Positions 1 to 10,358 of a stretch of DNA of 64,000 nucleotides are shown here, in pieces. This DNA comes from Alphaproteobacteria bacterium. Lineage in GTDB: Bacteria > Pseudomonadota > Alphaproteobacteria > CADEGL01. Location of the stretch: NCBI GenBank assembly GCA_046153685.1, contig JBJXGH010000096.1, positions 491 to 64,490 of the forward strand, read 5' to 3'. The position numbers and the translations under genes are program-made. The stretch's first letter is position 1. The number at the start of each line of letters is the position of its first letter. The notes under the pieces were generated by a model, which saw only the letters and a list, made by a program, of their open reading frames with translations, did not search any database and was not told where the DNA came from.

Positions 1-458
1 GCGACGTGACCCTTGCCCGCGGTAATGCCCCATTCGGACGACATCATCACGATGGAACCACCCTTGCCCTGGCGCTTCATCGCGCGCACAGCCGCGCGCG
101 CGAGAAAGAAAACCGCGTTCACGTTGACCGCCATGGCTTCAAGCCAGTCCTCGTCGCTGGTTGCAAGGGCGTCGTTGCGGTGGATGATGCCGGCGTTGTT
201 GACCAGGGAGTCGATGCGCCCGAAGCGCGCGCAGGTCTCATCCACCACGCGGTCGCAGAACGCGCGTTCCTTCACGTCGCCAGCGAGAAACACCGCCTTT
301 GCGGACTTGGGCAAGCCCGCGAGCACATTTTGGCCTCGCGCCTCGTCCCGGCCCGTCAACATGACGAGGGCGCCTTCGGCGGCGAAGACGCGCGCGCACG
401 CAGCACCGATGCCCGATGTGGCGCCCGTGATCAGAACAACCTTGTCCTTCATCTTCAT
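1..458 (-). CDS. SDR family oxidoreductase (N-terminal ~150 aa; C-terminus runs off window start)
   Basis: Reverse-strand translation from ATG at 458-456 gives [47 protein letters not shown], i.e. Rossmann TGxxxGIG plus NNAG motifs. ATGA start/stop overlap with mtnA. Confidence 0.7.
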   Translation of the reverse strand, partial: MKMKDKVVLITGATSGIGAACARVFAAEGALVMLTGRDEARGQNVLAGLPKSAKAVFLAGDVKERAFCDRVVDETCARFGRIDSLVNNAGIIHRNDALATSDEDWLEAMAVNVNAVFFLARAAVRAMKRQGKGGSIVMMSSEWGITAGKGHV

Positions 459-1558
459 CTTTTGCCCCCCGCTGCCCGCTCCGCGAACAGATTTCGCAGA
501 CCTTCCTCCGTCGCTTCGCACACTCCGCGTTCGGTGACGAGCGCAGTCACCAGGCGCGCGGGCGTGACATCGAAGCCGTAATTGGCCGCCTCGCTGCCCT
601 CGGGGGTGAGCATCACGTCGAGAATCTCGCCCGATTGCGCCCGGCCCCGTATCATTGTGACTTCCCGGCCGTCGCGTTCCTCGATGGGAATCGATCTGCC
701 GTCCGACAACTCCCAATCGATGGTCGGCGAAGGCAGGGCGACGTAAAACGGCACGCCATTATCGTTCGCCGCGAGGGCTTTCAAATAGGTGCCGATCTTG
801 TTGCAGACATCGCCCACGCGCGTCGTCCGGTCCGTGCCCACGAGGCAGAGATCGACCATGCCATGCTGCATCAGATGCCCGCCTGCATTATCGGCGATCA
901 CCTTATGCGCGACACCGTGGCCGCCCAATTCCCAGGCCGTGAGCGAGGCGCCCTGATTGCGCGGCCGGGTTTCGTCCACCCAGACATGGATTTCGATACC
1001 GGCGTCGTGCGCCATGTAAATGGGCGCCAGTGCCGTGCCCCAATCGACGGTCGCAAGCCAGCCCGCATTGCAGTGGGTTAGAATATTGACCCGACCGCCG
1101 CCCTTCTTGCGCCGCGCCGCCTCGATGAGGGCAAGGCCGTTGCGCCCGATCGCCTCGTTCATCGCGACATCGTCGTCGCAAATCTTGGCCGCGCGCACAT
1201 ACGCCGCTCCGGCCCGCTCGCCGCGCGGTCGAGTGCGCAGATGATCGCGCATGTCGTCGAGCGCCCATTTGAGATTGATCGCCGTGGGCCGCGTCGCCAG
1301 CAGGGTTTGGTAAGCGGCGTCGAGCGCCGAATCCGAGGAATCCGTGCGCATCGCCAGGGCCACGCCGTAAGCCGCCATCGCCCCGATCAAGGGTGCGCCG
1401 CGCACCTGCATGGCGCGGATCGCATGGGCGGCCGCGGCCAAATCGCCCAAGCGCAGAATCGCGAATTCGTGCGGCAGTCGCGTCTGATCGATGATTTCGA
1501 CCGCGGCGCCGTCAGCCGCGACCCAAATCGTTCGATATCGCTTGCCATTGACCTTCAT
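455..1558 (-). CDS. mtnA: S-methyl-5-thioribose-1-phosphate isomerase (eIF-2B alpha/beta/delta family)
   Basis: 367-aa ORF with N-terminus [41 protein letters not shown], typical of MtnA. Confidence 0.8.
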   Translation of the reverse strand: MKVNGKRYRTIWVAADGAAVEIIDQTRLPHEFAILRLGDLAAAAHAIRAMQVRGAPLIGAMAAYGVALAMRTDSSDSALDAAYQTLLATRPTAINLKWALDDMRDHLRTRPRGERAGAAYVRAAKICDDDVAMNEAIGRNGLALIEAARRKKGGGRVNILTHCNAGWLATVDWGTALAPIYMAHDAGIEIHVWVDETRPRNQGASLTAWELGGHGVAHKVIADNAGGHLMQHGMVDLCLVGTDRTTRVGDVCNKIGTYLKALAANDNGVPFYVALPSPTIDWELSDGRSIPIEERDGREVTMIRGRAQSGEILDVMLTPEGSEAANYGFDVTPARLVTALVTERGVCEATEEGLRNLFAERAAGGKR

Positions 1559-1712
1559 TCGCGCCCTCGCTCGCCGGAGCGAACCCTAGGCGAGGGCCGT
1601 GCCCCGATCAATCACGCACACCGGGTAGGCCAATTGGCCGCGCTTTGGGGGCTGACCGCGATGTGCAGGGGTGTTATCAAGTTCCCAAGCATTTGTACGG
1701 GAGGACGGGCGC

Positions 1713-2462
1713 ATGGCGGGTGTGATGATCGTGACCGGCGGGGGCCGGGGCATCGGTGCGGCGATCGCGCTGCACGCAGGCCGCGCCGGGTATAAGGTTT
1801 GCGTCAACTATGCCAGCTCGAAGGACAAGGCCGAAGCCATCGCCGCGACGATCACCAGCGCGGGCGGACAGGCCATCGCCGTTCAGGCCGACATGGCGTC
1901 CGAGGACGATATTGTCCGCATGTTTCGCGAGATCGACGGCACGCTTGGACGCGTGACCGCGCTCGTCAACAATGCCGGCATCGACGTGACGACGCGCAAT
2001 GTCGAGGACGTGAGACTCGACGACTTGCAGCGCATCTTCGCGGTGAATGTGTTCGGCGCGCTGTTGTGCAGCCGCGAAGCGATCCGGCGCATGTCACCCG
2101 AGAAAGGCGGCCAAGGCGGCGCCATCGTGCATATTTCCTCGCGCGCGTCGGGTCATGGCAATCTCGTCGGAGAAGTGCCCTATACCGCGACCAAGGGTGC
2201 GCTCGATGGCATGACCCTTGTGATGGCGAAGGAAGTCGCCAAGCAGAACATTCGGGTGAATTGCATCCGCCCCGGCCTCATCTTGACAGATATCTTCGAG
2301 CGCTCCGGCGGGCGCGATGCGCTCAAGGAGCGCGCCAAGACCTCGGTGCCCATCGGCCGACCGGGCGAACCCGACGAAGTCGCCGCCGCCGCAATTTGGC
2401 TGTGCTCGAAGGAGGCGTCCTACGTCACGGGTGCGATTCTAGATGTCGGCGGTGGACGCTGA
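1713..2462 (+). CDS. SDR family oxidoreductase
   Basis: Start taken at the internal ATG preceded by gggagga RBS (ORF track begins 1671). VTGGGRGIGAAIA glycine motif, NNAG, YTATK catalytic motif. Confidence 0.8.
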   Translation: MAGVMIVTGGGRGIGAAIALHAGRAGYKVCVNYASSKDKAEAIAATITSAGGQAIAVQADMASEDDIVRMFREIDGTLGRVTALVNNAGIDVTTRNVEDVRLDDLQRIFAVNVFGALLCSREAIRRMSPEKGGQGGAIVHISSRASGHGNLVGEVPYTATKGALDGMTLVMAKEVAKQNIRVNCIRPGLILTDIFERSGGRDALKERAKTSVPIGRPGEPDEVAAAAIWLCSKEASYVTGAILDVGGGR

Positions 2463-3499
2463 TGGCGGAACGCTGGAAAAATCGCCCAGATGGCTCGAAC
2501 TGGGGCGAATTTGGAGCGGACGACCAATTGGGCAGACTCAATCTTCTGACCAAGGAAAAGGTCCTTCAGGGCGTGGCCGAGGTGAAGGAAGGCCGGGCCT
2601 TCGTCCTGAGCCTGCCCCTCGATCGGCCCGGCCGCAGCCCCCATCCCGCGCGCCACCCCCCGCGCCTCGCCGCGACCATTCGCCACGGCCAAGCCGGCTA
2701 CAATCTTTCCCTTTCCGCCGTGGATCCCGATTTCTATGACATCGTATCGGACGACGTGGCGCTGATTCACACGCAGTTTTCGACCCAATGGGATTCCTTC
2801 GCCCATTGGGGGGCGCGCTTCGACGCCGACGCGGACGGCACGGCCGAGCCGGTCTATTATAATGGCTGGCGCGCCGGTCCGGACATCAAAGGGCCGCGCA
2901 AGGACGACCCGGCCAAGGGCTGGGAACGCTTCCCCGGCGTCTCGGCTCAAGCGCTCGGCATCGAAAAAATGGCCGAGACCGGAGTGCAGGGCCGGGGCGT
3001 AATGATCGATCTGCGCCGGCATGTGGGCGACGGCCGGACGATGATCGGCTACGACGGTCTCATGCGCGTGATGGACAAGGACAAGATCGGCGTCGAGCCC
3101 GGCGACATGGTGTGTCTGCACACCGGCTTCGCCGACCGGATTCTCGAGATGGGCGCGAACACGGACGTGGACGGGCTCCATCACCTGTGCGCCGTCCTCG
3201 ATGGCCGCGATGCCCGATTGCTGAAATGGATCTCGGACAGCCAGCTTTCGACGCTGATCGCCGATAATTACGCCGTCGAGGCCTACCCGGCGGGACCCGG
3301 CATGGGCCCGCGCGCCGCATTGCCGCTGCACGAACATTGCCTGTTCAAACTCGGCGTCCATCTCGGCGAAATCTGGCACCTCACCAAGCTGGCCGAATGG
3401 TTGCGCGCGGCGGGACGCGCTCGGTTTCTGCTGACGGCGCCGCCGCTACGCCTGCCGGGCGCGGTCGGCTCGCCCGCTACTCCCGTCGCGACGGTCTGA
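2462..3499 (+). CDS. cyclase family protein (kynurenine formamidase / isatin hydrolase-like, PF04199-type)
   Basis: ATG overlaps the upstream stop (TGATG); in the track it is the 3' part of the composite ORF 1799..3499. Sequence MAERWKNRPDGSNWGEFGADDQLGRLNLLT..FVLSLPLD is typical of the putative-cyclase fold. Confidence 0.7.
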   Translation: MAERWKNRPDGSNWGEFGADDQLGRLNLLTKEKVLQGVAEVKEGRAFVLSLPLDRPGRSPHPARHPPRLAATIRHGQAGYNLSLSAVDPDFYDIVSDDVALIHTQFSTQWDSFAHWGARFDADADGTAEPVYYNGWRAGPDIKGPRKDDPAKGWERFPGVSAQALGIEKMAETGVQGRGVMIDLRRHVGDGRTMIGYDGLMRVMDKDKIGVEPGDMVCLHTGFADRILEMGANTDVDGLHHLCAVLDGRDARLLKWISDSQLSTLIADNYAVEAYPAGPGMGPRAALPLHEHCLFKLGVHLGEIWHLTKLAEWLRAAGRARFLLTAPPLRLPGAVGSPATPVATV

Positions 3500-3503
3500 G
3501 GCC

Positions 3504-4226
3504 ATGGCCAGGCGCGTCACCCTTTTGACCGGCGTATCGAAAGGCATTGGCCGCGCCGTGGCCGAACGCCTCGCGCGCGAGGGGCATTATGTCATCGGCC
3601 TCGCGCGCACCAAGCCCGAATGGGATTTTCGAGGCGATTTTCATGCGATCGATCTGACCGATCTTGAAACCACACGCACGCTCGTGGACAACCTCGCCGC
3701 GCGGCACGCCATCGACGGTCTCGTGCACAATGCCGGCTACGCGAAGATCGAACGGCTTGAGACCATGTCCATCGCCGAACTCGACGACATGATGACCCTG
3801 CATGTGCGCGCCGCGGCGGTGATGGTGCAGGCGCTTGCGCCGGCCATGAAAAAACGCGGCTTCGGCCGCATCGTCCTGGTCGGCAGCCGCGCGGCTCTGG
3901 GCAAGATCGGTCGCGGTGCCTATGCCGCTACGAAATCGGCGATGCTTGGTTTCATGCGCAGCTGGGCGCTCGAACTTGGACCGAGCGGCATAACGGTCAA
4001 TTGCGTGGCCCCGGGCCCGACCGCGACCGAGCTGTTCCGCCGCGGCAATCCACCCGACGCGCCCGCGACCAAGGCGATCATCGCCTCGATTCCGGTGGGA
4101 CGCATGGGCAAGCCCGAGGAGATGGCCGGAGCGGTCGCCTATTTTCTCGGCGAGGATGCTTCCTTCACCACGGGTCAGGCGCTCTATGTCTGTGGCGGGC
4201 TGACCGTGGGCCTATATCCGGGCTGA
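3504..4226 (+). CDS. SDR family oxidoreductase
   Basis: LLTGVSKGIGRAVAERL, HNAG, YAATK motifs; 4 nt after the cyclase stop. Confidence 0.8.
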   Translation: MARRVTLLTGVSKGIGRAVAERLAREGHYVIGLARTKPEWDFRGDFHAIDLTDLETTRTLVDNLAARHAIDGLVHNAGYAKIERLETMSIAELDDMMTLHVRAAAVMVQALAPAMKKRGFGRIVLVGSRAALGKIGRGAYAATKSAMLGFMRSWALELGPSGITVNCVAPGPTATELFRRGNPPDAPATKAIIASIPVGRMGKPEEMAGAVAYFLGEDASFTTGQALYVCGGLTVGLYPG

Positions 4227-4227
4227 C

Positions 4228-5385
4228 ATGGCGCTTCTCTGGGAGCCGCGTTTGGACGACGAGGCGCTTCGCTGGCGCGATCTCGCGCGCGAGCTCACGG
4301 CGAAATATTTCGCGCCCCTCGCCACCGAATTGGACCGCGATCAACGCTATCCATGGGAAAGCGTGAAGCGACTCATCGACGTCAAAATCGCCGGCATGTT
4401 CGTGCCAAAAATCTATGGCGGCGAAGGCGCGTCTCTGACCGCATTTTGTTCAGTGGTCGAGGCAGTCGCGCGCGGCTGCGCCTCGACCTCGGCCATCGTG
4501 GTTGCCTTTCCGCTTGGCGGTTTTCCCCTCCTCCTCGAAGGCAGCGAAGCCCAGAAACACTCCTATCTCGGCGGTTTGGCCCGCGAGGGTGTCGCCATCA
4601 ATTTCGCGCTGTCCGAGCGCGGCGCCGGCTCCGACATCGCCGCCATCTCGACCTCGGCCACGCGCGAGGACGGCAAATGGCGCTTGCGGGGCGAGAAATG
4701 CTGGCTCGGCAATGGCGGCGCCGCGCGCCATTACATCGTATTCGCGCGCGAGGCGGAAAGCCGGGCGATCACGGCCTTTCTTGTGGATAAGGAACAGCCG
4801 GGCGTCGCCATCGATTTCTTCGAGGACAAGATGGGTTTGCGCGGCACGCTGACGAGCAATCTCAAGCTCGACACCCTGGTCGCGGATTCGGCGATCGTCG
4901 GCACGCCGGGCAAGGGCCTGCGTCTCGCGCTCAAGACTCTTGCTGTCGGCCGCGTGACTGTCGCGGCCCAGTCCGTCGGCATAGCGCTTGCCGCCTATGA
5001 CGCGGCCGCGCGCCATGCTGTCGAGCGCCGGGCTTTCGGCCAGGCGATCATCGATCACCAGGCGGTCGGCTTCAAATTGGCGGACATGGCGACCGAGATT
5101 TCCGCCGCGCGCATGATGCTGCACGAGGCGGCGCAAGCCTATGATCGGGGCGAGGACGTCTCTGGCCTCGGCACGATGGCGAAATTGTACGCGAGCGAGG
5201 CCGCTCACCGCGCCGTCGATTCGGCCGTGCAGATTTTCGGCGGCCCGGGTTACGTCAAGCCCAACGCGGTCGAACGCTATTACCGCGATCAGCGCATCAC
5301 CGAAATCTATGAAGGCACCTCGGAAATTCTCCGCATGGTTCTCATGCGCGCCGTTCGCTCGGACTTCGCGCCGCAATCGAAATGA
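4228..5385 (+). CDS. acyl-CoA dehydrogenase family protein
   Basis: 385 aa. ACAD N/M/C domain pattern with GAGSD, QIFGGPGY and YEGTSEI motifs. Confidence 0.85.
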   Translation: MALLWEPRLDDEALRWRDLARELTAKYFAPLATELDRDQRYPWESVKRLIDVKIAGMFVPKIYGGEGASLTAFCSVVEAVARGCASTSAIVVAFPLGGFPLLLEGSEAQKHSYLGGLAREGVAINFALSERGAGSDIAAISTSATREDGKWRLRGEKCWLGNGGAARHYIVFAREAESRAITAFLVDKEQPGVAIDFFEDKMGLRGTLTSNLKLDTLVADSAIVGTPGKGLRLALKTLAVGRVTVAAQSVGIALAAYDAAARHAVERRAFGQAIIDHQAVGFKLADMATEISAARMMLHEAAQAYDRGEDVSGLGTMAKLYASEAAHRAVDSAVQIFGGPGYVKPNAVERYYRDQRITEIYEGTSEILRMVLMRAVRSDFAPQSK

Positions 5386-5410
5386 AACCGCCCGACATGA
5401 GACGCCCCGA

Positions 5411-6748
5411 ATGACCGAGGATCGGCCCCACTCCGCCAAAATCTGGGACGCGCGCGAGCTTTGGACGCGCGACCGTATAGCCGCCCATCAGCTCCAGCGC
5501 CTAACCGCGCAACTCGCCTATGTCGAGGAACACAGCACCTTCTACCGGGCGCGCTTTGCCGATATCGGATTCAAGCCCTGCGACTTCGCCTCGCTCGATG
5601 ATTTGCGCCGCCTGCCGATTACCCGCAAGGCCGATTACGTCGCCGCGGTCGAGTTGGATTTGCCTTGGGGCAGCCATTTGGCAGCCCCCCTTTGCGACGT
5701 GCGCCGCGCGCATTATTCCTCCGGCACCACCTCCAAACCCGTGCCCAATTGCTGGACCGCGCCCGATCTTGATCGCTGGACGGATCTGTACGCGCGCGGC
5801 GGCTATGCCCAAGGTGTCCGCGAGCGCGATATTTTCCAGAATCTCTTTTCCATGTCGTGGTTCGTCGGCGGGCTCGGCGCCATGGCGTCCTACGCCAAGA
5901 TCGGCGCGCTGTGCATCCCCGGCGGCAGCGTCGATTCCGAACGCCAAGTGCGCACGATGTTCGATTACGGCACCACGGCCGTATGCGCGACGCCGTCCTT
6001 CGCCGCTCATTTGGCCGAAACCGCCGCCGCCATGGGGCTTGATCTACGCGATTCGAAGGTCGAGAGCCTGGCGCTCGGCGGCGAGCCGGGCGCTCAAGTT
6101 CCCGCGACGCGCGCGATGATCGAGGACCGTTGGGGCGCCAAGGCCTACGACGCCTATGGCAGCCTCGAATTCAACCCCATCGCCTGGGAATGCGAGGCGC
6201 AAGCCGGCGGCCATCTGTGCGAGGATTTCGCGATTGCCGAGATTCTCGACGCCGATACCGAGGCGCCGGTGCCCGACGGCCAGCCGGGCGTCCTGGTTAT
6301 GACCCATCTCGACAAACAGGCCGTGCCGCTCGTGCGCTGGTGGACGGGCGATGTGGTGGTGCGCGATTCGCGCCCCTGCGCCTGCGGGCGAACCCATGCG
6401 CGCCTTCCCGGCGGAGTGCGCGGGCGCGCCGACGACATGATGATCGTGCGCGGCGTCAATGTCTTCCCAAGCGCGGTCGAGGACGTCGTGCGCTCGATGC
6501 CGGGCCTGTCGGGGGAATATCTCATCGTGCTCGACGCCGACACGACCGATGCCAAGACGGGCTTCCTCACGAGCCTCAAGATTCGCGTCGAGCGCACGCG
6601 CACAGCACCGCCCGACATCGCCGAACGCATCTCGGCGGCGCTGCGCAAATCGCTCAATGTCCGCGTGATCGTGGAAGTCCTCGACGAAGGCGTTTTGCCG
6701 CGCACCACGCACAAGGCCAAACGCATCCTGCGCGAGAAGAAACAATAA
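5411..6748 (+). CDS. phenylacetate-CoA ligase family protein (PaaK-like / F390 synthetase-type adenylate-forming enzyme)
   Basis: In-frame ATG at 5411 (ORF track starts 5141). SSGTTSKP adenylation motif; overall PaaK-like sequence. Confidence 0.75.
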   Translation: MTEDRPHSAKIWDARELWTRDRIAAHQLQRLTAQLAYVEEHSTFYRARFADIGFKPCDFASLDDLRRLPITRKADYVAAVELDLPWGSHLAAPLCDVRRAHYSSGTTSKPVPNCWTAPDLDRWTDLYARGGYAQGVRERDIFQNLFSMSWFVGGLGAMASYAKIGALCIPGGSVDSERQVRTMFDYGTTAVCATPSFAAHLAETAAAMGLDLRDSKVESLALGGEPGAQVPATRAMIEDRWGAKAYDAYGSLEFNPIAWECEAQAGGHLCEDFAIAEILDADTEAPVPDGQPGVLVMTHLDKQAVPLVRWWTGDVVVRDSRPCACGRTHARLPGGVRGRADDMMIVRGVNVFPSAVEDVVRSMPGLSGEYLIVLDADTTDAKTGFLTSLKIRVERTRTAPPDIAERISAALRKSLNVRVIVEVLDEGVLPRTTHKAKRILREKKQ

Positions 6749-6782
6749 ACCCGCCGCGTTCGCGGCAAACGGGAGAACCGCC

Positions 6783-9092
6783 ATGAACGTCGCCATCGGC
6801 CAGCCGATTCGCCGCGTCGAGGATGACCGGCTGCTTCGCGGCCAGGGCCGGTTTCTCGAGGATGTGCGCTTGGCGCACGAAGCCCAAGCCGTGGTGCTGC
6901 GCTCGCCGCACGCGCACGCGCGCATTTGCTCGCTCGATATTGCCGCCGCGCGCGCGGCGCCGGGCGTGCTCGCCGTTCTGACCCACGCGGACTTGGCGGC
7001 CGAGGGCGTGAAGTCGTTGCCGCCGATGACGCGCGATCCGCGCTACGAGATAAAGAATTCCGACGGCAGCCGGATGCCGGAACCCGAGCATTGCCCCCTC
7101 GCCAAGGACAAGGTGCGCCATGTCGGCGATCCCGTCGCCTTCGTGGTCGCCGAAACCCGCGCCCAGGCGCTCGACGCCGCGGCGCTGATCGCGGTCGATT
7201 ACGATCCACTGCCCGCCGTCATCGATGCCGCGTCCGCGCGCGCACCGGGCGCGCCGGTCCTGCATGACGGCGCGCCGGGCAACCGCGTGCTCGAATGGTC
7301 GGTCGGCGACCGCAAGGCAACCGACGAGGCCTTCGCCAAGGCCCATCGTGTGACGCGCCTCAAGCTGCACAATAACCGCCTCATTTGCGCCTATCTCGAG
7401 CCGCGCGCGGCCATGGCGAGCGTCACGGGCCGTGCCATCACGCTTTACGCCTCGGGCCAAGGCGCGCACCGCTTCCGCGAGACGCTTTCCTTCTGTCTCG
7501 GAGTGGCGCAGGACGATGTGCGCGTGGTCATGGGCGATGTCGGGGGCGGATTCGGCCCGCGCGGGTTTTTCCAGCCCGAGAACGTGCTCGTCGCCCTGGC
7601 CGCGCGACGCCTCGGTCGGCCCGTGCGCTGGATCGGCGATCGCGCCGAAGGTTTCACGACCGATGTCCAGGCACGCGACCACGCGATCGAGTGCGCCATC
7701 GCCCTCGATGCCAGCGGCCGGTTCCTCGCCCTGGATGTGACCAGCGATTGGAACATGGGCGCCTATGTGCCGGCGCGCGCGGTCTTCGCCCAGATCGCGC
7801 ACATGGGTCCCGTCATTCCTGGCGCCTATCGCTTCGCCGCGCTCCATTTCACGATCCGCGGATATCTCACCAACATGGCGCCCATCTATGCGCTGCGCGG
7901 CATCGGCCGCGCCGAGGCGAGTCACATCCTCGAACGCCTGATCGAGGAAGCCGCGCACGAGATGAAGCTCGACCGGCTGGAGATTCGCCGGCGCAATCTC
8001 GTGCCCGTCTCGGCCATGCCCTACGACAACAAGGCGGGATCGATTTACGACTCGGGCGAGTTCGAGGCCATCATGGACAAGGCCCTGGCGCTTGGCGATT
8101 GGCAGGGCTTCGCCGCGCGCAAGGCGCAATCGCGCGCGCGCGGGCTGTTGCGCGGCATTGGCCTCTGCAATTTCGTCGAGAACGCGGGCGGCGCGCCATC
8201 GGAATTCGCCGAGGTGAAGGCCGATCCCGCGCGCCGCCTCGATCTATACGTGGGCTCCGGGCCGAGCGGACAGGGCCACGAAACGGTCTATGCCCAGGTG
8301 CTTGCAGCCGAGCTCGGCCTGCCCTTCGAGGACGTGCGCACCCATATCGGCGACACCGCCATCGTCAAGGCGGGTTACGGCTCGGCCGCCTCGCGCTCGA
8401 TGCGCAAGGCGGGGTCCGCCGTCGTGCTCGGCGCGCGCATCATGGTCGAGAAGGGTAAGATTCTCGCCGGCGACATGATGGAGGCGACCCCCGCCGATAT
8501 CGAATACCAAGCGGGCCGGTTCCGCGTCGCGGGCACGGACAAGAGCGTGCATCTTTACGACGTGGCCGCGCACGCCCGCGCCAAGGGCGAGGAGCTATCG
8601 GGCGCCATCGACCACAAACAGCCCGAGGAAACCTTCCCCAATGGCTGCCAGGTGGCCGAGGTCGAAATCGACCCCGAAACCGGCAAGGTCGATTTGGTGC
8701 GCCACAGCTTCGTCAACGATGTCGGGCGGGTCATTAATCCGCTTCTACTCGACGGCCAGTTGCACGGCGGAGTAGCCCAAGGCATCGGCCAGGCGATGAC
8801 CGAGCGAACGGTTTACGGCGCGGACGGCCAGCTGCTTTCGGGCAGTTTCATGGATTATTGCATCCCGCGCGCGGACGACATGCCGATATTCGCCACCGCC
8901 TTCCACGAGGTGCCATGCGCGGGCAATCCCTTGGGCGTCAAGGGCGCGGGCGAAGGCGGCACCACCGGCGCGCCGCCCGCGATTCTGAACGCGGTGATCG
9001 ACGCACTGCGCGATTACGCCGCGACGGACATCGACATGCCCGCCCGGCCGGAAACCGTCTGGCGCGCGATCGGCGCCAGACGGCCCGGTTGA
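6783..9092 (+). CDS. xanthine dehydrogenase family protein, molybdopterin-binding large subunit (orphan; no adjacent FeS/FAD subunits)
   Basis: 769 aa. N-terminal RRVEDDRLLRGQGRF, GGGFGPRG and C-terminal GVKGAGEGG motifs of aldehyde oxidase/CoxL-type enzymes. Active-site loop reads ALRGIGRAEA rather than AYRGAGR. Confidence 0.85.
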   Translation: MNVAIGQPIRRVEDDRLLRGQGRFLEDVRLAHEAQAVVLRSPHAHARICSLDIAAARAAPGVLAVLTHADLAAEGVKSLPPMTRDPRYEIKNSDGSRMPEPEHCPLAKDKVRHVGDPVAFVVAETRAQALDAAALIAVDYDPLPAVIDAASARAPGAPVLHDGAPGNRVLEWSVGDRKATDEAFAKAHRVTRLKLHNNRLICAYLEPRAAMASVTGRAITLYASGQGAHRFRETLSFCLGVAQDDVRVVMGDVGGGFGPRGFFQPENVLVALAARRLGRPVRWIGDRAEGFTTDVQARDHAIECAIALDASGRFLALDVTSDWNMGAYVPARAVFAQIAHMGPVIPGAYRFAALHFTIRGYLTNMAPIYALRGIGRAEASHILERLIEEAAHEMKLDRLEIRRRNLVPVSAMPYDNKAGSIYDSGEFEAIMDKALALGDWQGFAARKAQSRARGLLRGIGLCNFVENAGGAPSEFAEVKADPARRLDLYVGSGPSGQGHETVYAQVLAAELGLPFEDVRTHIGDTAIVKAGYGSAASRSMRKAGSAVVLGARIMVEKGKILAGDMMEATPADIEYQAGRFRVAGTDKSVHLYDVAAHARAKGEELSGAIDHKQPEETFPNGCQVAEVEIDPETGKVDLVRHSFVNDVGRVINPLLLDGQLHGGVAQGIGQAMTERTVYGADGQLLSGSFMDYCIPRADDMPIFATAFHEVPCAGNPLGVKGAGEGGTTGAPPAILNAVIDALRDYAATDIDMPARPETVWRAIGARRPG

Positions 9093-9097
9093 AGGGG

Positions 9098-10300
9098 TTA
9101 TTTCTCGTACAATTTCCTGGGAAGCGAGTTGAGCACCTCGACGCCCGTCCGCGTCACGCGGATGGAATTCGACGTGACGATGCCCATCTCGTCCTGGATG
9201 AGGCAGCCCGGCACCAGGTGGAACGTCATGTTCGGCTGCAACAACCGCTTCTCGCCCTTGCGGATCGAGATGATCTGCCCTTCGCCCCAATCGGGCGGAT
9301 AGTTGATACCGATCGAATAGCCGATGCGATGGACGTGCTGCGCGCCGAAGCCGTTCTTCTCGAAGACGCGGTGGCCAACCTCGTTGACGGATTCGCAACT
9401 GACACCCGGCCGAATCGCGCCGAGCACGGCTTCGAGCGCCTCGACCGTGGTATCGAACAATTTCCGCACGCGCGGGCGGACCTTGCCCGTGGTCGCGGTG
9501 CGGAACACCGCGCCGCAATAGCGGTATTTCGACGCCGCGATTTCGAAGATGCAATGGTCGCTCGCCGTCATCTTGCGCCCGCGCCACGTCGCGTGGCACG
9601 CGCCGGAACGCCGGCCGGAGACGATGAAATTGGGCAGGCCCGTGTACTCGGCGCCCTGTTCGCACCAAACCTTGTGCAAAGCGCCCGCGATCTGGTCCTC
9701 CGACACGCCCGGCTTCACGGCCTTGATGCCGGCCAGGCAGGCCTTGTCGGCAATCGCGACCGCTTGCTTGATGACCTTGACCTCGGCCTCGGACTTGATC
9801 ATCCGGGCTTCCTCGACAAGCGTCGTGGCGTCGGTGAAGCGCGCGCGGGACAATCCGTCCTTGATCGCCTCGTACTCGTTGACGGTGAAGAAGAACCCGC
9901 CCTTCTCCAACCCGATTCGCTTGCCGTCGAGGGCCATGCGGCGCGCCGTCTCGACCGTAACCGAGACCGGCACGACGTGATCCTCGACGGGCGCGGTTTC
10001 GACGAGCCAGGAAAACTCAGGCACGTTCGTGAGTTCGAGCTTGCGCCCGACCAGCACTGGCTGCTGGCCGCGCGCGACGATGAGGCAGTGATAACCGTAA
10101 TAGCCCGGCGTTTCATAGCCCGTAAGGTACGTGATGTTCTCGGGCCCGCGCACGAACAGGGCGTCGAGCCCCGCGCGCTTCATGTTGTCGAGCACGACGT
10201 CGTAGCGCCGCCTGTACTCCTCGAGCTTGAAGGGCAAGCGCGGGTGCTGGACCATGCCCAGCTTGTGTCCGCCCGCCGTCGTCTCGGTTCGCGTTGCCAT
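9098..10300 (-). CDS. M24 family metallopeptidase (creatinase / Xaa-Pro aminopeptidase / ectoine-hydrolase-like)
   Basis: 400 aa. Creatinase_N-like N-terminus plus pita-bread C-terminal domain (HRIGYSIGINYPPDWGEG). Confidence 0.8.
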   Translation of the reverse strand: MATRTETTAGGHKLGMVQHPRLPFKLEEYRRRYDVVLDNMKRAGLDALFVRGPENITYLTGYETPGYYGYHCLIVARGQQPVLVGRKLELTNVPEFSWLVETAPVEDHVVPVSVTVETARRMALDGKRIGLEKGGFFFTVNEYEAIKDGLSRARFTDATTLVEEARMIKSEAEVKVIKQAVAIADKACLAGIKAVKPGVSEDQIAGALHKVWCEQGAEYTGLPNFIVSGRRSGACHATWRGRKMTASDHCIFEIAASKYRYCGAVFRTATTGKVRPRVRKLFDTTVEALEAVLGAIRPGVSCESVNEVGHRVFEKNGFGAQHVHRIGYSIGINYPPDWGEGQIISIRKGEKRLLQPNMTFHLVPGCLIQDEMGIVTSNSIRVTRTGVEVLNSLPRKLYEK

Positions 10301-10358
10301 GCGTTCCTCCCCTAATCGCCAAAATTGTCGATTGAAACGATCTCCAATCGCCGAAAAA

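Noticed and set aside
1799-3499. 566-aa ORF in the track spanning the SDR gene and the cyclase gene
   Set aside because: The N-terminal two-thirds is an Arg/His-rich out-of-frame shadow of the SDR gene. Only the part from ATG 2462 (MAERWKNRPDG..) looks like a real protein, the cyclase family..
6154-8129. Long minus-strand ORFs (351 aa and 491 aa) antisense to the PaaK-like and XDH-like genes; similar ones at 18186..19655 and 46196..47437
   Set aside because: Typical high-GC antisense shadow ORFs: Arg/Gly/Ala-rich, no domains, fully overlapped by strongly supported genes.
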